A DNA stretch of 64,000 bases from a virus, in IMG/VR virus record IMGVR_UViG_3300033146_001127, positions 6,040 through 70,039 of that record, one strand, 5' to 3'. A program made the position numbers and the translations under genes. Below are positions 18,589 to 28,207 of this stretch, one piece after another. Numbering within the stretch: position 1 is the first letter of the stretch; every line of letters begins with the position of its first letter. The notes under the pieces were generated by a model that saw only the letters and a program-made list of their open reading frames with translations, had not been told where the DNA came from and ran no database searches.

Positions 18589-18707
18589 AAAGTTTTTAGT
18601 GTATAAACAAAAGTTTTCTAATTTACTTGACGTTCTTGATGAGAAATATCTAGTGAAAATTAGAAAATCATATTTATTTGTATTATGTTGTATATTGATA
18701 TTGAAAC

Positions 18708-19262
18708 TTATATTTTAATTTCTTTACCAGTAACATTAGTATAGATACGTTTAGCCAACCCTTCCGATTCGGTATCGCCCATGTCGTGAAGGGTTGAAAT
18801 TATTTTACCCATATTTTTTTCAATATAATCAACTCCATCAACGTAATTATCAAATGCTGTTATGGTTATACCTAATACATTTTGTAATACATGTCTTGGA
18901 ATTGCCGTAATACCTAAGAAAGTTTTATCAATATTAACAAAGAATGAAACAACATCCTCTTTTTTTACTTTAGAAAAGGCATCTTTAATATCTTTTTCTA
19001 ATTGTTGTCTTGGTTGAGGATCTAATAAATCAGCATGAATAGAATAATCAATTAAGAGTTTAGTTAAATGTAAAACACCTTTACCTGCTCTTGATAATTG
19101 ATATTGAAATGTTTTTGATTTTCTAACTTTGATGCCAACTTTTTTACCTAATGTTTGTAATTTTAGTAATAATTCATCAGATATTTCATTTAATTCATCA
19201 GTTATATATATGTACGATAAGATGTTATAATCCACTTCGTTGATATAATTTTTAAATTTCAT
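18708..19262 (-). CDS. putative internal head protein
   Basis: N-terminal MKFKNYINE, resembling a capsid-targeting sequence; late promoter upstream. Confidence 0.6.
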   Translation of the reverse strand: MKFKNYINEVDYNILSYIYITDELNEISDELLLKLQTLGKKVGIKVRKSKTFQYQLSRAGKGVLHLTKLLIDYSIHADLLDPQPRQQLEKDIKDAFSKVKKEDVVSFFVNIDKTFLGITAIPRHVLQNVLGITITAFDNYVDGVDYIEKNMGKIISTLHDMGDTESEGLAKRIYTNVTGKEIKI

Positions 19263-19278
19263 AATCACTCCATAAAAG

Positions 19279-19317
19279 AATAGCCCATTCTCTATTATTT
19301 ATAAAGAATGGGCTATT
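19279..19317 (-). promoter_or_regulatory. 13-bp hairpin with a late promoter (TATAAATA) in its loop
   Basis: AATAGCCCATTCT / AGAATGGGCTATT arms; minus-strand TATAAATA at 19296-19303. Confidence 0.6.
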
Positions 19318-19340
19318 TGTATGATATAAAACGGATTTAT

Positions 19341-19562
19341 TTATTTGTATTTTTCACAGATGACTTCAAATTCTTCTTTTGCGTCTTCATATTCCAAGAG
19401 GATACCGCCATCATAATGGATATAATGTTCTTTATCTACAACACGAACATAATAACCCCAATCCTCATTCATTAATTTAACTGTCAATCCATTTTTCAAT
19501 AATTTTTTTTCTTTAACTCCTAAGTTGTCGCCAATGGCTTTGAACACAGTTTCTTTTTTCAT
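19341..19562 (-). CDS. hypothetical protein
   Basis: Likely start MKKETVF after GAAAGGA. Confidence 0.55.
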   Translation of the reverse strand: MKKETVFKAIGDNLGVKEKKLLKNGLTVKLMNEDWGYYVRVVDKEHYIHYDGGILLEYEDAKEEFEVICEKYK

Positions 19563-19629
19563 AACATTTCCTTTCGGTGGAGTTCCCAACACATTAAGAG
19601 TATACCACATTAATAATTTCTTTGTCAAC

Positions 19630-20535
19630 CTATATTCTCTTTCTTCTTCTGATATTTCTTGTTTGTTTTGTTTTTGGTATATTATCTTTTACCCATTGTC
19701 TAAGGTCATCCCAATTAAACATTTCTTTTTTGAAATCATCACTGGACTTCATTGGTTTACCCTCTTCTTTTATGTTGATATATTTGAAACTCTTAATTAC
19801 CATTTGTCCTTGACGTTCAATATGTTCACCTGGTAATTGAACAAATTTATTTTTTCCTTTAATGGTTTCTTTTGTATCATTTGTGGTCATATAAATGGTG
19901 TGTTTCTTCCCACCTAAGATGATATTAATAGAACCATCAATTAAAGTACCAATTCCACTAATTTTACCTCTTAACATGTCAGTCATTGTTAATGCTGCAC
20001 CTGTATGAGTTTTTAACATAATATCATCAGGAACTTTTCTTTCACGTTCTGCATTTTGTTCAATGGCAATTTTATAATCAGTTAATATCCAAACAAGGTG
20101 GACGTTTACTGGTTTATAACCAACCTCAAATAAAATTGGAAGAACTTCATATATATCACCTTCATCTTTCAATGTGACATCAAATAAAATATTAGGAAGT
20201 GTGGAAGGATTTTCAGCACCCTTTAATAATAAATTAAGAGTTTCGTTTTTCCAACCTTTATCTTTAACATATTGATGTAATTTGAATACTTCTTCTGGAT
20301 TACCTAGATTGATATTAGCAATTTCAGGATTATCACCTTTTAATTGTGCTAATTTTATTGCTGCTTTTTTTAGTTCATCAACGTCTCTAACTTTGAACTT
20401 ATTTATTTCCATAAAGTTGGTTGATGAAAAACCTTTACCTGAACCAGCACCCCCAGCAAGGAATACAATTTGTCCATATTTTTGACCATTGCCAATTATA
20501 ATTTGTTTCTCAGTTAAATATTGTTTATATTTCAT
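19630..20535 (-). CDS. P-loop kinase (zeta-toxin/PNK-like), putative internal head protein
   Basis: GGAGSGKG Walker A, LFDVT, NAERERKVP lid; N-terminal MKYKQYLTE; TATAAATA at 20565-20572. Confidence 0.75.
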   Translation of the reverse strand: MKYKQYLTEKQIIIGNGQKYGQIVFLAGGAGSGKGFSSTNFMEINKFKVRDVDELKKAAIKLAQLKGDNPEIANINLGNPEEVFKLHQYVKDKGWKNETLNLLLKGAENPSTLPNILFDVTLKDEGDIYEVLPILFEVGYKPVNVHLVWILTDYKIAIEQNAERERKVPDDIMLKTHTGAALTMTDMLRGKISGIGTLIDGSINIILGGKKHTIYMTTNDTKETIKGKNKFVQLPGEHIERQGQMVIKSFKYINIKEEGKPMKSSDDFKKEMFNWDDLRQWVKDNIPKTKQTRNIRRRKRI

Positions 20536-20585
20536 GTGAATCTCCTATTTTTATATAACAGTTGTATTTATAAAAAAATAGGAGA

Positions 20586-21989
20586 TTATTTCAGTTCATT
20601 TGTCACATCTTTTATTAGTTTTGATATACAAACAAAATCTTTAGAGTTTATGAATCTTTCAGTGACAACTTTTATTACATCACCAACCATTTTACCTTGT
20701 TTCAAACCTGTCAATTCCATTACTACTTTGCCACTAACAAGTTTCACACTGTTTTCTTTTTTGAATGTTTTAAATTCTTTGAGAAGATTGTCAACCATTT
20801 CCATTTTTTCGTTCCAATCATTCTCATCAAACATTCCAACACGACAACTATCATCACAGAACATAACCTCTTTAAGTATTGGAAAAAATTCATGTGATGC
20901 GTGTTTAACTATTGTTGATTTTTTCATTTCTCTTGTATGGAACATGTTCATATGGTTTTTTGAAACAAAAGTAAATACATCTTTTTCATGGTTAGTAAAC
21001 TTTAATCTTTTACATACATTTTCTATTATTGGAACACCTTCAACACCATGACCAGAAAACCGATGACAAACTTTACCTCTTTTTGGCATAAACTCTAATT
21101 TATGACAAACAGCTTTACCAAGGTCATGAAACAAAACAGCAAAGTTTATTAATGAATCCTTTTTTGTGTTTTGTTTAAGAGCTTCCATAGTATGAACAAA
21201 TGGAGTTCCATCACCAAATTTGTATGCTTCAGGGTGGAACATAACATCTTCTTGTACATTTTGAAGAGCTTTAACTTCTGGTAATATAACTTCAAGGAGT
21301 TTTGTTTCATCAAGTAATCTTATACCTTTTTCAAAAAGAACCCCATCACCAGATGCCATTTTTGTAAGTTCATCTTTGACACGTTCTTTTGATACAAGGT
21401 CAACTTTTTCTTTCAACATTCTTATGGCAGCAAAAGTATTATCATCTATTTTGAAATTAAACCGAGAGGCAAATCTTACAGCCCTTAACATTCTAAGATG
21501 GTCTTCATTGAAACGGTCTACTGGTTCACCAACAGTTTTTATCAAACCATTTTTAAGGTCATTAAGACCACCAACAAAATCTATTACACGACCAAACTTA
21601 TCCAATCCAAGAGCATTTATTGTGAAATCTCTACGTTTAACATCTTCTTGAAATGATTTTGTCATATGAACTTTGTCAGGGTGACGACCATTAGATTCTT
21701 CTGAATCAACCCTGAATTGTGCTACTTCAAAAGAAAATCCTTTATGGTTAACAACAACTATACCAAAGTCTTTTGATTTTCCTATATCATGAGTATCAAA
21801 TAATTCTTCAACAACTTCCATAGGAGCATTTGTAGATATATCAACATCATGTGGTTCTATTCCTAAAACCAAATCACGGACACACCCACCAACAAAAAAT
21901 GCCTTATGTCCTTTGTTTTCAAGAGTATTGAGTATTTCCACCCCCACCTCAAACTCTTTTATATTTTTTAATTCATTTTGAAAAGTCAT
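20586..21989 (-). CDS. cca: CCA-adding tRNA nucleotidyltransferase with HD-like domain
   Basis: VGGCVRD...DVDIST, RRDFTINAL, EDHLRMLRAVRF, ERVKDEL, LFHDLGK. Confidence 0.93.
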   Translation of the reverse strand: MTFQNELKNIKEFEVGVEILNTLENKGHKAFFVGGCVRDLVLGIEPHDVDISTNAPMEVVEELFDTHDIGKSKDFGIVVVNHKGFSFEVAQFRVDSEESNGRHPDKVHMTKSFQEDVKRRDFTINALGLDKFGRVIDFVGGLNDLKNGLIKTVGEPVDRFNEDHLRMLRAVRFASRFNFKIDDNTFAAIRMLKEKVDLVSKERVKDELTKMASGDGVLFEKGIRLLDETKLLEVILPEVKALQNVQEDVMFHPEAYKFGDGTPFVHTMEALKQNTKKDSLINFAVLFHDLGKAVCHKLEFMPKRGKVCHRFSGHGVEGVPIIENVCKRLKFTNHEKDVFTFVSKNHMNMFHTREMKKSTIVKHASHEFFPILKEVMFCDDSCRVGMFDENDWNEKMEMVDNLLKEFKTFKKENSVKLVSGKVVMELTGLKQGKMVGDVIKVVTERFINSKDFVCISKLIKDVTNELK

Positions 21990-22039
21990 ATTCCCTCACT
22001 CTCTGAAACCATTATAACATATTATTTTTAGAATATCAA

Positions 22040-22074
22040 CAAAAAAAGGGGATACCAAAAATGGCATCCCCTTA
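22040..22074 (-). terminator. intrinsic terminator
   Basis: GGGGAT(A/G)CC stem with a T-tract on the minus strand, downstream of 22104-23636. Confidence 0.7.
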
Positions 22075-22103
22075 TAAAATAATATTAAATAAAAATTAAA
22101 TTA

Positions 22104-23636
22104 TTATTTTGGTGCTACATTAGGATCTTGTTGTGCGGTTGCTGCTCTATTTTGACCATCACCAAAATCATTTGGATTATAACAAGTTCCAGCAATCCAA
22201 GTATAACCAGCAGCAAGACAAGCTGATTGAGTTGTAATTGCATCTAATGTTGCCTGATCTGGAGCTACAACACATGTATTATCTTTGTAATTCCAGATGT
22301 AACCAAGATTACGACAAGCATTTGCCAAATAATCACGTTTTGAACCATTTGAACTACCAGTTTTACCTGGGGTAACACTACCAAATACAAAAGAAGCCAT
22401 ATCAAAATTACTTGGGGTATCACCAGCAATACAAGTTCCTGTTGAGATATCCCAAAAGTTTCCAGATACTTCACAATCTCTCATTGCCTTTTCTTCGTCA
22501 AGATCACCAGCGGTTACTGCTGCATTAATTAAATCAGCACCAGTTGCTGCGGTTGCATCAAGGGCAATACAAGAATCTGTTCCATCAAATATTGTTCCAG
22601 CAGGACAATCACTATATGATTTTGCATTTCCAGCCCAGAAAGCAACTGCTTCAACAACAGTCATTTCACGACAGAAACCATAACCACCTTGATCAGCATC
22701 ACCTGTTGTACCAATTTCCCAAATAAAACCATTAGCTTCACAACGTGTTCTGTCAGTCATATCTTCAGCACGAAGATTATTACCAACCAATTTACCATTT
22801 GCATCAACCAATGTAGGTTCAACAAATACAGTTGTTTTTCCACCATCAATATAAGTTTTTTGAATTGCTAATTGTGGTTTATCAGCAGGACGAACTACTT
22901 TAATTTTTGGGTCATTCGCTGTATTAGATAAAGAAGGAGCAGCTGCTGGATCATAGATACCAGTAAAAGTTCCTTGCCAATATACTTCTGGTGAATCAGT
23001 TTTAAGACTGATTTCAGAACAAACCAAATCATCTTCTAATGTATAACCTTTACCACCTGATAAGATAGATAATGCTGTTACAGCACCAGTATTTGCATCA
23101 ACTGCATCAATTAAAATTAAAGCTGAATCATTATCACCTTGAATTACTCTAGCTTGTGTACCTTCAACAAAATATTTTGATTTATCATTTGAACCTAAAG
23201 CAATACCATCAACAGCACCATCACCATCAACAGATGTAACTTCAACTAAAAGACCAAAACCAGTGACATATTCTTCAACGTCACCACCTAATTCATATTC
23301 TGTATGGTCAACATAATCACTACCTAAAGTAAATGTTGCACCTGCCACAGTATATTCACCTGTATCAGCAGCAACCCAATCACCACCATCAGTAAAAGTA
23401 ATTGCAGAAATAGCACCAACACCATTTGATGTAGGACTATAACCACCTTGTACACCAGTAACAGTAATTACTAAATTAGTACCAGTTGTTCCATTAATTG
23501 CGGCTAATACATCACCAACCATGTAATTAGAGCCACCATCCACGATTTCAATAGATTGAATAACATTTGAATCATCAGCAGTTACGAAAAACTTTGCATC
23601 AGTTGTCAATCTATCAGAAAATTTATTAAATCCCAT
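22104..23636 (-). CDS. putative virion structural/decoration protein with Cys-pair repeats
   Basis: Gly/Thr/Asp-rich beta repeats (GGSNY, GGKGY), then five C-x3-G-x2-(W/F)...C modules; TATAAATA at 23693-23700; GAGG RBS. Confidence 0.7.
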   Translation of the reverse strand: MGFNKFSDRLTTDAKFFVTADDSNVIQSIEIVDGGSNYMVGDVLAAINGTTGTNLVITVTGVQGGYSPTSNGVGAISAITFTDGGDWVAADTGEYTVAGATFTLGSDYVDHTEYELGGDVEEYVTGFGLLVEVTSVDGDGAVDGIALGSNDKSKYFVEGTQARVIQGDNDSALILIDAVDANTGAVTALSILSGGKGYTLEDDLVCSEISLKTDSPEVYWQGTFTGIYDPAAAPSLSNTANDPKIKVVRPADKPQLAIQKTYIDGGKTTVFVEPTLVDANGKLVGNNLRAEDMTDRTRCEANGFIWEIGTTGDADQGGYGFCREMTVVEAVAFWAGNAKSYSDCPAGTIFDGTDSCIALDATAATGADLINAAVTAGDLDEEKAMRDCEVSGNFWDISTGTCIAGDTPSNFDMASFVFGSVTPGKTGSSNGSKRDYLANACRNLGYIWNYKDNTCVVAPDQATLDAITTQSACLAAGYTWIAGTCYNPNDFGDGQNRAATAQQDPNVAPK

Positions 23637-23718
23637 TATTATTTCCTCCTATTATTTTTGGAATATTGTAACCCATAAGGGTTATTCAGTTTTATTTATA
23701 TAGAAGAAAATATTTTTT

Positions 23719-23991
23719 TTATTTTGGTTGGGAAAAAATGTCAGAAATTCTCATATAGGCATTGACTTTTTTTACATCATATCCTAATTCATCAATAATG
23801 TAAAATGCTATTAAACCAGGTAAATGTAGGGTAGGATTATCAATGTAAAAGTTGTATGCTTCTTCAACAGTACAGTTTTCAGATTTACATGCAATTTCTT
23901 CTGATAATCTAATAAGAGGAAGGGATTGGTCTATGTCACCATAAACCAACCCCCAATTTTCTTTGATAATATTTTTTAGTTCATCTATCAT
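23719..23991 (-). CDS. hypothetical protein
   Basis: Translationally coupled to the TROVE gene. Confidence 0.55.
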   Translation of the reverse strand: MIDELKNIIKENWGLVYGDIDQSLPLIRLSEEIACKSENCTVEEAYNFYIDNPTLHLPGLIAFYIIDELGYDVKKVNAYMRISDIFSQPK

Positions 23992-25502
23992 ATTTCAATA
24001 GAGTTAATGATGTCAATTACGGTATCACCTTTTTCCAAATTGTTCATCATTTCAAATACTTTTTCATTCCAACCAGAAATTAGATAAATATCATTATCTT
24101 TTTCTGAGAATGGACTAGTGCCATATGAATTAAGATTAAACAAATACAATTTTGCATTTGGATTATTTTTCTTATATTCACTCCATTCTTTTCTGATAGA
24201 TCCACCATATAATTCACAATCAGTGAAAATCATAATTTTATCAAACTTCTGATTATTTTCATTTGCATATTTCACAACTTTATAACCATTAGTTGAATAT
24301 CCAACTTCACCATTAATACTATGTAATTTGGATACATTTGATAAAATACTATTCTTTGGAAAATTATATGTTTTGAATATATCACCAAAGATACCAGTAA
24401 TGGAATATTTTGTTTTATGTCCAATCATCATAGCCATCATTGTTCCGATATCATACATCATGATTGAAGATTTTTGTGATACACTACTCCACATAGAACC
24501 AGATACATCAGCAGCAATCAAAACATTATCATCTTCATTGAGAGGAATATTTTTGATTGAATGTATTACAGCTGATTCTAATGCTTCAAGAATAAGTGGT
24601 GTATATACAGATGTAATAACTTTAGAATTAAATAAGTTATATGAACCACTATCACCTTTTAACATTTTATATGCTGATAAAAATCTAAATGGCAACTGTT
24701 TAGATTTCAAAACAGCATTTTCATTACTGATATAATTACATACTTTTTCAATGTGTTCTTTGGATACATCGGCTTCAAGAATGTTTCTTAGGTTACGAAG
24801 AGTTGCCATATAACCAACTTTCTTGGAATCAATTAGTTCTTCCCACACATCTTTTTTTGAACGACCATTTTTGCCACTTTCTGATAATTGAGTTTCCCAA
24901 GTATAAGGGGTATCCAATGTATCAGTAATTATTTTTTCAAATAATTCTTTTTGTTCTGGTGTTTTAGGTGATACATGACACAAAAATAGTGCATCACGAA
25001 ACTTAACATCAGTTGGTCTATTGTATTTGGCAAAATGATATTCTTCAAACTTATCAAACGCCTTTGAAATACCTTTTGATATTTGTTTTGACAATTTGTT
25101 AAGTTTTTTTGTTCCCACTCGTTTATTTGAGATTTGATAAAAAGCTAATAGTTCTGTAATCTCATCTGCACGTTGGATGACATTTTCAGTCATACGAGAT
25201 ATTAGATTATCCCCATTATGTATTTTTGCCAATTCTACTGTTAATACAAGTGGAATAGTACGAAGATTCATTTCTTTTCTGGCATATACCGCAAGTCTTG
25301 CAACATATTCAGGATTACATTGAGAAATCAAAGATTGAATTCTTTTTAATGTTGAATTTGAATCTTCATAAAAGGTATTTTGTAACATAGATGCACATAC
25401 TGTTTTATATAATTCCATTTCTGGATTTAATGTATATGCTTCGCCATTTTCATGGTTTATTGTTTTTGAATGGTCTACTGCTGTTGAATTAAATCTACTC
25501 AT
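23988..25502 (-). CDS. rsr: Ro60/TROVE-domain RNA-binding protein with vWA domain
   Basis: NHENGEAY, YARKEMNLR, QRADE, TWETQLS, MATLRNLRN, QLPFRFLSAY, DVSGSM (MIDAS), FTD; start ATG 25502 with GGAGG. Confidence 0.93.
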   Translation of the reverse strand: MSRFNSTAVDHSKTINHENGEAYTLNPEMELYKTVCASMLQNTFYEDSNSTLKRIQSLISQCNPEYVARLAVYARKEMNLRTIPLVLTVELAKIHNGDNLISRMTENVIQRADEITELLAFYQISNKRVGTKKLNKLSKQISKGISKAFDKFEEYHFAKYNRPTDVKFRDALFLCHVSPKTPEQKELFEKIITDTLDTPYTWETQLSESGKNGRSKKDVWEELIDSKKVGYMATLRNLRNILEADVSKEHIEKVCNYISNENAVLKSKQLPFRFLSAYKMLKGDSGSYNLFNSKVITSVYTPLILEALESAVIHSIKNIPLNEDDNVLIAADVSGSMWSSVSQKSSIMMYDIGTMMAMMIGHKTKYSITGIFGDIFKTYNFPKNSILSNVSKLHSINGEVGYSTNGYKVVKYANENNQKFDKIMIFTDCELYGGSIRKEWSEYKKNNPNAKLYLFNLNSYGTSPFSEKDNDIYLISGWNEKVFEMMNNLEKGDTVIDIINSIEI

Positions 25503-25537
25503 TATTACCTCCAAGAATTAAACGTCATTGTTTGGTA

Positions 25538-25730
25538 AAATTATTAGGATTTTGTCATTGAAGGAGTGTGGCTCGTTGTCCACTTATTAACGAATAATTA
25601 ACTTTTACATTAATTAACGGGTATACGAATTTAAGGAATTGTAATACCATCCAACCTTTTCGCATTCAATTTTAACCAGAATGTCAGCAATTATGTTTGA
25701 AGTATCCATCAACTACGTCACTAATAATTT
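25538..25730 (-). ncRNA. candidate Y RNA (Yrl-like) upstream of Ro60
   Basis: Ends pair (AAAUUAUUAG / CUAAUAAUUU); inner helix UUGAUGGA / UCCUUCAA; promoter TTGACA-17-TAATAT immediately upstream; adjacent to the TROVE gene. Confidence 0.65.
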
Positions 25731-25746
25731 ATATTGTTAGATATTA

Positions 25747-25899
25747 TCAGTTTTCTTTTTGTTTGTCAACTTTCTTTTTCTTTTTCTTCATTTTTTTTGT
25801 ACCAATGGGAACTTTGGCTATATCACTAGTGGTTGTTCCAACTCCACCCCCATCACCACCTGAACCATCACATTCATTTATATATTTTTTGAATTTCAT
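25747..25899 (-). CDS. small Gly/Lys-rich protein (50 aa), putative internal head protein
   Basis: MKFKKYINECDGSGGDGGGVGTTTSDIAKVP...KKKKKK; start overlaps the radical SAM stop. Confidence 0.65.
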   Translation of the reverse strand: MKFKKYINECDGSGGDGGGVGTTTSDIAKVPIGTKKMKKKKKKVDKQKEN

Positions 25900-26576
25900 T
25901 ATAATCCCCTATTCATATGTGACCAACTATTAAGATGTGTATAATTATTATTTATAATACATTTAATTAATCTGTTAGTGTAATTGGAATATCCACCAAT
26001 TTTACCTAATGCTTTGAATATTTCCATGCATGATTTATATTGTATTGGATAATCATATTTCCCTTCAAAGTGAAAAGGAGTAAATGTACTATCAGTGAAA
26101 AATAGGGAAAAATTAATATTTGGATATTTTTTGAGAAAGTTATATAATAAATGTGAATTTTTATTATGTAATACTATATTTGTTACAACATTATAGTTAT
26201 GATTATCTTCTATAAAATGTAATATTTTTTTGTCAATTTCTTGATCTAATTCGGAGACACAATGAATTATTATTTCTCTGATATGTTTTTCATATTTAAC
26301 ATGGAAATTTTTTTTGATGAAAGTACCATTTGTACAAATTGCTAATTTATAATCAGTCATATGGAACAATTTATACCAAAAGTCATCGGATAATAATCCT
26401 GGTTCACCACCACTTAAAAATACATGTTTTAATTTATATTTAATTTTTTTAATTTCATTTAATATTTCATTTTCATTATATGCACCATTAGGGTCACGGG
26501 CAATACAATATGGACATTTCCAATTACATACATTATGTAGACCTATACAAAATTCATTAACATATAATTTTGTCAT
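25899..26576 (-). CDS. radical SAM protein
   Basis: CNWKCPYC, LSGGEP, TNG. Confidence 0.88.
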   Translation of the reverse strand: MTKLYVNEFCIGLHNVCNWKCPYCIARDPNGAYNENEILNEIKKIKYKLKHVFLSGGEPGLLSDDFWYKLFHMTDYKLAICTNGTFIKKNFHVKYEKHIREIIIHCVSELDQEIDKKILHFIEDNHNYNVVTNIVLHNKNSHLLYNFLKKYPNINFSLFFTDSTFTPFHFEGKYDYPIQYKSCMEIFKALGKIGGYSNYTNRLIKCIINNNYTHLNSWSHMNRGL

Positions 26577-27511
26577 CGTAATGTTACCGTTGTTCCTGTC
26601 ATATGATTAATTTTTGATGATCTATTTGTCCATACTAAAACAGAAGGATCATCATATAGAAAATCACAATCTTTACAGAAATTAATTTCATCAAATCGTT
26701 TTTCTCTGTGCATTTGTCTTAACCAATTATATCTTTCTGAATTATATGATTCTATTATTGATTTGTCGTCACAATGAGATAAAACTGCTTCTTCATCTCG
26801 TCCTAATATTTGACAACAAGGAACAACAGCTAATTTATGTCCATTAATTCCGCCAGCTCTAATTGTTATTTCTGGTGCGAAAGGTCTACCACAAGTTTTC
26901 TTTTCACCTTTCCTTGTGTTTACTTTTAACATTCCAGACCAATTATGCATCTTCCATATTTCTGCTGGACAGTTGGTTATATTAATAACATTATTTTTAT
27001 ATAATTGTATTTCTTCAATTGAATTGATTATTAAATGATAAGAAAACAAATCACAATTTGATTTTGTTAGATTTATATAATCTTTCATTTCTATCATATT
27101 TTGTATAACGGTATTAAAATTATCTCTACCAGTTATATTTTTATATGAAGATTCATTATAACCTATTATAGAAAATCTGAAAAGACCTAATCCAGCATCA
27201 ATACATTCTTTCATAAAAGAACCATTCATTAGATATCCATTGGAATATAATTGAGGTTTAATTCCTTTTTTAACTGTATATTCTATATATTTAGGGAGAT
27301 TTTTATTAAGGGTTGCTTCACCTGATCCATCCAATTGAATCACATTAACACCAATTTGACTACATTCATCAATTAATTTTTTATATTCATTAAATTCAAT
27401 AGAATCATTAAATAAACCTCTTCCACCTTGTGATTGAGGACACATTTTACATAAATAATTACATGAGCCTTCTATTTCAATGACTGCTCTTTTTATTTCT
27501 ACATATTTCAT
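26573..27511 (-). CDS. radical SAM protein with SPASM/twitch domain
   Basis: CNYLCKMC, GSGEA, SNG; C-terminal CGRPF...VPCC...CKDC. Confidence 0.9.
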   Translation of the reverse strand: MKYVEIKRAVIEIEGSCNYLCKMCPQSQGGRGLFNDSIEFNEYKKLIDECSQIGVNVIQLDGSGEATLNKNLPKYIEYTVKKGIKPQLYSNGYLMNGSFMKECIDAGLGLFRFSIIGYNESSYKNITGRDNFNTVIQNMIEMKDYINLTKSNCDLFSYHLIINSIEEIQLYKNNVINITNCPAEIWKMHNWSGMLKVNTRKGEKKTCGRPFAPEITIRAGGINGHKLAVVPCCQILGRDEEAVLSHCDDKSIIESYNSERYNWLRQMHREKRFDEINFCKDCDFLYDDPSVLVWTNRSSKINHMTGTTVTLR

Positions 27512-27541
27512 ATAATATATTTATAAATTGTTGAGGGAAAA

Positions 27542-28207
27542 ATGAAAATAAAGTTTGACAAAAATGTTGATTATTGTATATATATTGGTGGTTTACAGTC
27601 AGGAAAAAGTTTTATATTTAAGTCTATAAAATCTGATTCAATTCATTTTTCAAAAGAATTATTTCCAAATATTATAAATGTTCTTTCTATTTCATCTATA
27701 TTTGAAAGAAGAAATATTCTTGGAATAAATCAATATATAACAGCAATTAAACCAAAATTAAATAATTGTTATATATTAAAAAATAATTTTGTAACATCTT
27801 CATTGAAACATATTAATGATGTAATCAGAAGATATGGTAATATTAATATAATGAATTCTTCAAACCAAAAACAAGCATTAAATGTAATATTAACATCACA
27901 TTATTATACATTAAAATTATTAAGAGATTATAATATTACATATAAAGACAAGGATATATTATCATTACCACCTACTGATATTAATATATATGATTTTTTT
28001 GAAGATGAAATAAAAACATATAATATTGATGTAATAAATCCCATTCATAAAAAAATTGATTATGAATGGGATTATTATAGATATAAAGAAGAAATTGAGA
28101 AAAGTGTATTTGAATGTTATGGTGTTAAAAAAACTTTCGATCTCGATAGAGTATTAAACATGATAGATGATGAAGAATATAAAATCAAGAAAAAATATGG
28201 ATTTTAA
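27542..28207 (+). CDS. hypothetical protein, possible P-loop/sulfotransferase fold
   Basis: IYIGGLQSGKS near the N-terminus. Confidence 0.45.
   Translation: MKIKFDKNVDYCIYIGGLQSGKSFIFKSIKSDSIHFSKELFPNIINVLSISSIFERRNILGINQYITAIKPKLNNCYILKNNFVTSSLKHINDVIRRYGNINIMNSSNQKQALNVILTSHYYTLKLLRDYNITYKDKDILSLPPTDINIYDFFEDEIKTYNIDVINPIHKKIDYEWDYYRYKEEIEKSVFECYGVKKTFDLDRVLNMIDDEEYKIKKKYGF

Noticed and set aside
20521-21651. Plus-strand ORFs antisense to cca, and similar shadow ORFs elsewhere (e.g. 24328-24735, 16162-16593, 49105-49407)
   Set aside because: Antisense to well-supported genes, no RBS, no recognisable motifs
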